A stretch of DNA of 50,712 nucleotides from Candidatus Woesearchaeota archaeon (GTDB lineage Archaea; Nanobdellota; Nanobdellia; Woesearchaeales; GW2011-AR9). Below the pieces are notes generated by a model. The model was not told where the DNA came from and made no database searches. It saw only the letters and a program-made list of their open reading frames with translations. The DNA is taken from assembly GCA_018303445.1 (NCBI GenBank), contig JAGVYE010000002.1:1-50712 (forward strand), in the 5' to 3' direction. Shown piece after piece: positions 45,856 to 50,712 of this stretch (the first letter of the stretch is position 1; every line of letters starts with the position of its first letter). A program made the translations under genes and the position numbers.

Positions 45856-47964
45856 ATGAACATTAGATGGCTGGTCTTGCTTTCAATCATTATACTGTCA
45901 GTTTCAGGCTGTAAACAATTTAGTCTTGATGATCTTAGTGATAAAGATCTTAAAAGAATTTCAGAAAATGCAGTTATCTGCAATAAGCCTTATCTTAGAG
46001 TTGGTCTGGAATGTTGTTTAGATAAAAATGGCGATAAGATTTGTGATGATGACAAACAAATTCCCGGAGATGTTGATGATGTTCCAAAAACAAACCATAG
46101 TACTGATAAACCCCCCGAAACACCGTCAGAAAACAAAACCAATCCAGAACGAGATAATCCCCCTGTAGACAAGAAACCTCGACCGCCACGTGAAGATCCA
46201 GTTAAAGTTCCTAATCCGCCGTCACAAGGTTCAGCAGCCGGAATTTCTAATCCTAACCTGATTATTAAACTGCCGGCTTTAAGCCTGCCACTAGCAGGAA
46301 AAACTTTTACTGACCCTGCTTTTGGAACAAAGCTTAGAAGATTAACTGATGCCGTGAATGGAAATCGCGATCGGCACGTTTATTCTCAATTGCAGGCTTT
46401 TAATAAAGATAATTCACGGATATTGATGGATAATTCTCAAAATTACTTGGTAAGAGAAGTTGATTCACTAAAAATAAGTTATGCTTTTGATACTTTAATT
46501 TATGCGCCGCGCTGGAATCCCCTCAATAAGGAAGAAATAATTTACTTTACCGACTTAGCTACGGAACCAACAGAAGTTGAACTGGAGAAGATCAATGTCT
46601 TTACTGGCATAAAAACTAAATATAATTTTCCCATAAATACCTATCGCTGGGTAAGTCCGGGAAGGGCTATTTCTTATGAAGAAATTTCGCGGGATGGCCG
46701 TTGGTTGACTTTGTTTGTTCAAAAAAGAAGCAACGATCACATGGTCTTTGTGCTGTTTGATTTAATAAATAATAAAGTTGAAAGAGAATTAGATTTGGCT
46801 GGAAGATGCAGTGATATCAACCCTAACTGGGTAGCGCCTTCGCCATTAAAAGGAGATATCGTCATTCAATGGAATCCTGATGGAGAGGGAGCCTGCAATG
46901 GTGTGGAAGTGTATGACCGAACTACCGGACAGTATAAAGGACACGTTGGATCGCATCGCGGACACAGCGATATGGGGATTGATGAAAATAATAATGAAAT
47001 ATATGTAACTTATGGCTTTCAAAACAGCTTATTTATTACTGTAACCAAATTTCCCGGTTCTGCTAACTTTAAAAACAGTTACGACAAAATTATTCTTGAT
47101 GTGGGATGGGGGCATTTCTCCCACCTTTCCTGTCAGGGGCCGAAAGGAGTCTGCGTAGTTACCGCCGATACAAATACTGACGCTCCCGTTGCTGGCGGTG
47201 AACCATTACACAATGAAATTTATTTGGTTTATACTTCAGGAAGAGCTGAAGAAGGCAACAATGCTGGCGCCAAAATAAGGCGATTGGCTCACCATAGATC
47301 GTCAAACTGCGACTATTACCATGAGCCACAGGCCAGCATCTCAGCTGACGGCAGCTATATCATTTTTGCTTCCGACGGCGGAAATTGCAATTCAGGAGCT
47401 GACAGTTACCTTATTGACTTGCGCGGCTCTGATCTTTCTGCGCCGCCTTCTTCTGGAGGGCCAACTGGCGGAATAGTAATTGAACCACCGAATGATGATT
47501 CTGATGAAGAAGAAACCGAACCAGAAAATCAAAACCAGTTGCCTGAAGAAAATCTTGGCGTGAATGGATTGCCAGCACAAACTTATAATTTAGATAACGA
47601 TGATGTTTTTACTTTAGGGATCGCTGAAGGACAATGGTATGCGCCGCCAGTATCGGTTGGTAAGGATTTTGTAAGATTATTAGTTACTAATGAAGTTGGA
47701 ATGATAAGTTGTGAGGCTACAGATTTCACCAATATACGGCTGTTTTATTCACCCAGCAGATCAAACCAATACACAAAAGTTGCTAATTCGCAAATCTTGG
47801 AACATGACGGCGGCGGCTGTAATAAATGGAATCAAATGTATGCAGTATCGCTGCAAGGATCAAATGATATTGTAGCCTGTGTATCACAAGAGGATGATTC
47901 GCAGAATTATTGCACTGAGCCGGTACAGATTACTACTAATCCTAAGGGGGTGGAGTGGGGTTAA
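45856..47964 (+). CDS. Lipoprotein with beta-propeller (TolB/oligogalacturonate lyase-like) domain
   Basis: VSGC lipobox, CNKPY..CCLDKNGDKICD module, Pro linker, then FTDPAFGTKLRRLTD, YSQLQAFN and RRLAHHRS...EPQASISADGSYIIFASD. Confidence 0.75.
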   Translation: MNIRWLVLLSIIILSVSGCKQFSLDDLSDKDLKRISENAVICNKPYLRVGLECCLDKNGDKICDDDKQIPGDVDDVPKTNHSTDKPPETPSENKTNPERDNPPVDKKPRPPREDPVKVPNPPSQGSAAGISNPNLIIKLPALSLPLAGKTFTDPAFGTKLRRLTDAVNGNRDRHVYSQLQAFNKDNSRILMDNSQNYLVREVDSLKISYAFDTLIYAPRWNPLNKEEIIYFTDLATEPTEVELEKINVFTGIKTKYNFPINTYRWVSPGRAISYEEISRDGRWLTLFVQKRSNDHMVFVLFDLINNKVERELDLAGRCSDINPNWVAPSPLKGDIVIQWNPDGEGACNGVEVYDRTTGQYKGHVGSHRGHSDMGIDENNNEIYVTYGFQNSLFITVTKFPGSANFKNSYDKIILDVGWGHFSHLSCQGPKGVCVVTADTNTDAPVAGGEPLHNEIYLVYTSGRAEEGNNAGAKIRRLAHHRSSNCDYYHEPQASISADGSYIIFASDGGNCNSGADSYLIDLRGSDLSAPPSSGGPTGGIVIEPPNDDSDEEETEPENQNQLPEENLGVNGLPAQTYNLDNDDVFTLGIAEGQWYAPPVSVGKDFVRLLVTNEVGMISCEATDFTNIRLFYSPSRSNQYTKVANSQILEHDGGGCNKWNQMYAVSLQGSNDIVACVSQEDDSQNYCTEPVQITTNPKGVEWG

Positions 47965-48025
47965 TTTAGATAGATATCCCACTTTCATAATCTATATAAA
48001 AAAAAAGAAACTTTCTAAGTTTTCT

Positions 48026-50434
48026 ATGTTTCTTCAAAGCCTTACTTTGCATAATATCCGCTCCTACAATGAGGCAAAGATAACGTTTCCAGAGGGATCA
48101 ACACTTCTGGCAGGCGACATTGGTTCAGGAAAGAGTTCTATTTTATTAGCTATAGAATTTGCTTTGTTTGGTTCTTCCCGTCCTGATTTACCAGCGGAGT
48201 TATTGCTTAGACATGGATGCACAAGCGGATCCGTGGAACTCACTTTCTTGTTGCAGGATAAGCACATTACAATACAACGTGAACTGAAGAAAGATAAAAA
48301 TGGGATTAAACAGTCTGCAGGCTCTCTTATCATAAATGGAGTGAGAAAAGATCTTATGCCTATTGAATTAAAGACGGAGATTATTTCCCTTTTGGGATAT
48401 CCTGAAGAAATGGCCAATAAAAATAAAAATTACATTTTCCGGTATACAGTTTATACCCCGCAGGAAGAGATGAAACTTATTCTGCAAGAAGATCAGGATA
48501 TCCGATTAGATGTGCTAAGGAAAATCTTTAACGTTGATAAATATAAAGTCATCCGGGAGAATGTCCAAATCTATCTTCGCCAATTGAGAATACGCATGGC
48601 GGTCCTAAGCGCAAAGACAGAATCGCTGGAAGAAGAAAAAAGAAAACAAGAAGAAGTAAATAGAGAGAGGGAAAAGAAGGCGAAAGAGCTCCAAGATATC
48701 GAACCTCTGGTGTTCAAAGCTAGGGAGATAATGAATGGTTTACAAGAGAAATTAGAACAAGCTGAAAAAGAGCAGCAACAATTTGTCTTTTGGCAACAGC
48801 AGCAGAAAGAGGCGAGCTGTCTTCTCCAGGAAAAAGAAAAACAGAACAGAATGGCAACATTTCAGTTACAGGAACTGCAAGAAAAATTACAAAACTTGCC
48901 GAGAGAAGAACGACCGTTAGAGGAAATACAACCAGAAATTCTCTCTCTCGAGAATGAGAAAAAGAAAGCTTTTTCCAAAAAAGCAGAAGTATGGCAGCAA
49001 TGTCAAAGTATACAACAACGCCTCCGTGAATTACAACAAGAAATTAAAACTGGACAGCAAGAACTGGCGCATATCCCCGAAAAAAAGAGAGGGCTTGAAC
49101 TGTTGCAGCAAGAAGTAAAGCAGAAGAAAGAATTTGAGGAAAAAAGAGTTCTGCTCCAAGAATTAGTGGAGAAGACTTCTTATCTGATAACAAAAAATAG
49201 AACTATTTTAGAACAAGCGCGAGAAAAAGAAGAGAAAATGGGACAGCTTGATGTCTGTCCTACTTGTTTGCAGAAAGTTTCTGCGGAACATAAACATCTG
49301 ATACTGGATGAAGAAGGAAAAAAGGCCGCCCAGGCGGAGCATCTCTTAGCGGAGATGGAGAGCCAGAAGAAGCAGATCATGCAGCAAAGAGAAGAGACGG
49401 AGAAGAATTTTCTTGAAATTTTACATAAAGAAAATGGGATAACGAGAATAGAATTTGAACTGGAACATTTGCAAAAGAAACAACAAGAAATGGAAGAAAA
49501 GAAAGAAAAGCTGCGATCTCTTGTACAAGAGAACAATGTGATTATGAAAGAAGTAGAACGAGTAGAAAAAGAGAAAGTTCTGGAAGAGATGGAAGAAGAA
49601 TTACGGCGAAGAAGGGAACTAGTGCAGCTGCTCCGAGAGCGAAGGATACGAGAACAACATCGAAGCGAGATTGAAAAGCAGTTGCAGGAGTACAAGAACG
49701 AAGAAACGCGGCTTATGGAGATGAAAAAAGAGATCGAAGAAAACGTGAAAAAGTTTACAAATCAGAGCCAAAAAATTTTTCAGAGGAAGCAGGAAATTAG
49801 GGTCGCGGGAGAAAATGAGAAGGAAATGGTCCTGAAGAAAGCGGAAATAAAAGCAGCATACGAAGCTCTTTGCCGACAGTATAAAGAGTTTGAAGAAAGA
49901 GTCATTTTACTTGCTGAGGAAAAAAAGAAAAGGGAGGAGTTAAAGGAACTTTCACACTGGCTGGAAGAATATTTCCTGAACGTGACACAAATTATTGAGA
50001 AGCAGGTGATGGTGACCATCTACCGCCTTTTTAATGAACTCTTCAAAGAATGGTTTTCCATCCTCATTGATGATGAAACGGTCTATGCCAGAATTGATGA
50101 TTCGTTCTCGCCAATTATTGAGCAGAACGGGTATGAAACGCCTTTTACTTATTTAAGCGGCGGAGAAAAAACGTCCTGTGCTCTGGCCTATCGCTTAGCC
50201 CTTAATAGAGTTATTAATGATATTATTCAGAATATAAAAACAAAAGATCTTCTTATCTTAGATGAACCAACGGATGGATTCAGTGAAGAACAATTGGATA
50301 AAGTGCGGGAGGTTTTGGAAAAGCTTCAGTTGCGGCAGACAATTATTGTTTCCCATGAGTCCAAAATTGAATCCTTTGTGCGGCAAACAATACGATTGAA
50401 GAAAGAAGGCGATGTGAGTCTCGTTAGGGAGTAA
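48026..50434 (+). CDS. rad50: Rad50/SbcC SMC-like ATPase
   Basis: NIRSY, Walker A GDIGSGKSS, long coiled coil, CPTC zinc hook, LSGGE signature, LILDEPT and VSH. Start is MFLQSL at 48026. Confidence 0.93.
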   Translation: MFLQSLTLHNIRSYNEAKITFPEGSTLLAGDIGSGKSSILLAIEFALFGSSRPDLPAELLLRHGCTSGSVELTFLLQDKHITIQRELKKDKNGIKQSAGSLIINGVRKDLMPIELKTEIISLLGYPEEMANKNKNYIFRYTVYTPQEEMKLILQEDQDIRLDVLRKIFNVDKYKVIRENVQIYLRQLRIRMAVLSAKTESLEEEKRKQEEVNREREKKAKELQDIEPLVFKAREIMNGLQEKLEQAEKEQQQFVFWQQQQKEASCLLQEKEKQNRMATFQLQELQEKLQNLPREERPLEEIQPEILSLENEKKKAFSKKAEVWQQCQSIQQRLRELQQEIKTGQQELAHIPEKKRGLELLQQEVKQKKEFEEKRVLLQELVEKTSYLITKNRTILEQAREKEEKMGQLDVCPTCLQKVSAEHKHLILDEEGKKAAQAEHLLAEMESQKKQIMQQREETEKNFLEILHKENGITRIEFELEHLQKKQQEMEEKKEKLRSLVQENNVIMKEVERVEKEKVLEEMEEELRRRRELVQLLRERRIREQHRSEIEKQLQEYKNEETRLMEMKKEIEENVKKFTNQSQKIFQRKQEIRVAGENEKEMVLKKAEIKAAYEALCRQYKEFEERVILLAEEKKKREELKELSHWLEEYFLNVTQIIEKQVMVTIYRLFNELFKEWFSILIDDETVYARIDDSFSPIIEQNGYETPFTYLSGGEKTSCALAYRLALNRVINDIIQNIKTKDLLILDEPTDGFSEEQLDKVREVLEKLQLRQTIIVSHESKIESFVRQTIRLKKEGDVSLVRE

Positions 50435-50615
50435 GGATTATAATGAAACACCTAAGTGTCAACGGAAATCGACCACCGCCAGTCACAGACCGGTGGGAAA
50501 TTCCGATGATTTTAATAAGATTGTGATGCGTTTCAAATATAATAACACACCAAATAATATTAAAAATATAGGCGTGCTATTATAAATCACTGATTAACAA
50601 CTACAAAATATTTAT

Positions 50616-50687
50616 TTGACATCCTCCTCACCCTAAAGGGTTGCCCTGCGGGGCAACTCCTCCGCTTCGCTACGGAGCGAGGATTCC
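50616..50687 (+). mobile_element. IS200/IS605-family-like end hairpin with nested palindromic insert
   Basis: TTGAC-ATCCTC..CCCTAAAGGG...CGAGGATTCC resembles IS605/IS1341 end palindromes. It is interrupted by the hairpins GTTGCCC-TGCG-GGGCAAC and CTCCG-CTTCGCTA-CGGAG. Confidence 0.55.
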
Positions 50688-50712
50688 CTATCTAGGAAGA
50701 AAAGCTTTGGCG

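Noticed and set aside
47879-48025. N-terminal extension of Rad50 in the track
   Set aside because: It overlaps the upstream gene and a TATA box. The family N-terminus begins at MFLQSL (48026).
48600-49950. Repetitive GAA/AAA-rich sequence
   Set aside because: It reflects Glu/Lys/Gln coiled-coil codons of Rad50, not a DNA repeat.
50436-50600. Possible small membrane-protein fragment on the minus strand
   Set aside because: Too short, with no clear start or homology.
1-50712. CRISPR array, rRNA, integrase or prophage genes
   Set aside because: I saw no regularly spaced repeats, rRNA signatures or recombinase/capsid ORFs.

Overview
This 50.7-kb window is chromosomal DNA from a small-genome archaeon. 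TFB, GatD, Taw3, TrmI, PAC2, AMP phosphorylase, Rad50, BHB-type tRNA introns and BRE/TATA promoters mark it as archaeal. Gene content and surface proteins suggest DPANN, probably Woesearchaeota-like (inference). About 45 CDS were called. Three intron-containing tRNA genes were read by hand, including a tRNA-Val(TAC) with three introns hidden inside an over-extended ORF. Main highlights: (1) a coupled four-gene envelope operon (30.7-40.4 kb) with two class III-signal (pilin-like) proteins, a 1772-aa Cys-rich Ig-repeat protein and a secreted DUF2272/CHAP-like plus lytic-transglycosylase-like protein, a candidate apparatus for attacking peptidoglycan-walled bacteria; (2) a full-length RelA/SpoT homolog with a dead HD motif; (3) an unexplained ~180-nt structured RNA upstream of mutM; (4) a 167-bp MITE with perfect TIRs and a 9-bp TSD; (5) a repeat-bounded two-gene cassette and an IS200/IS605-type end. 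No CRISPR array or rRNA was seen. All family calls come from motif recognition, not database searches.
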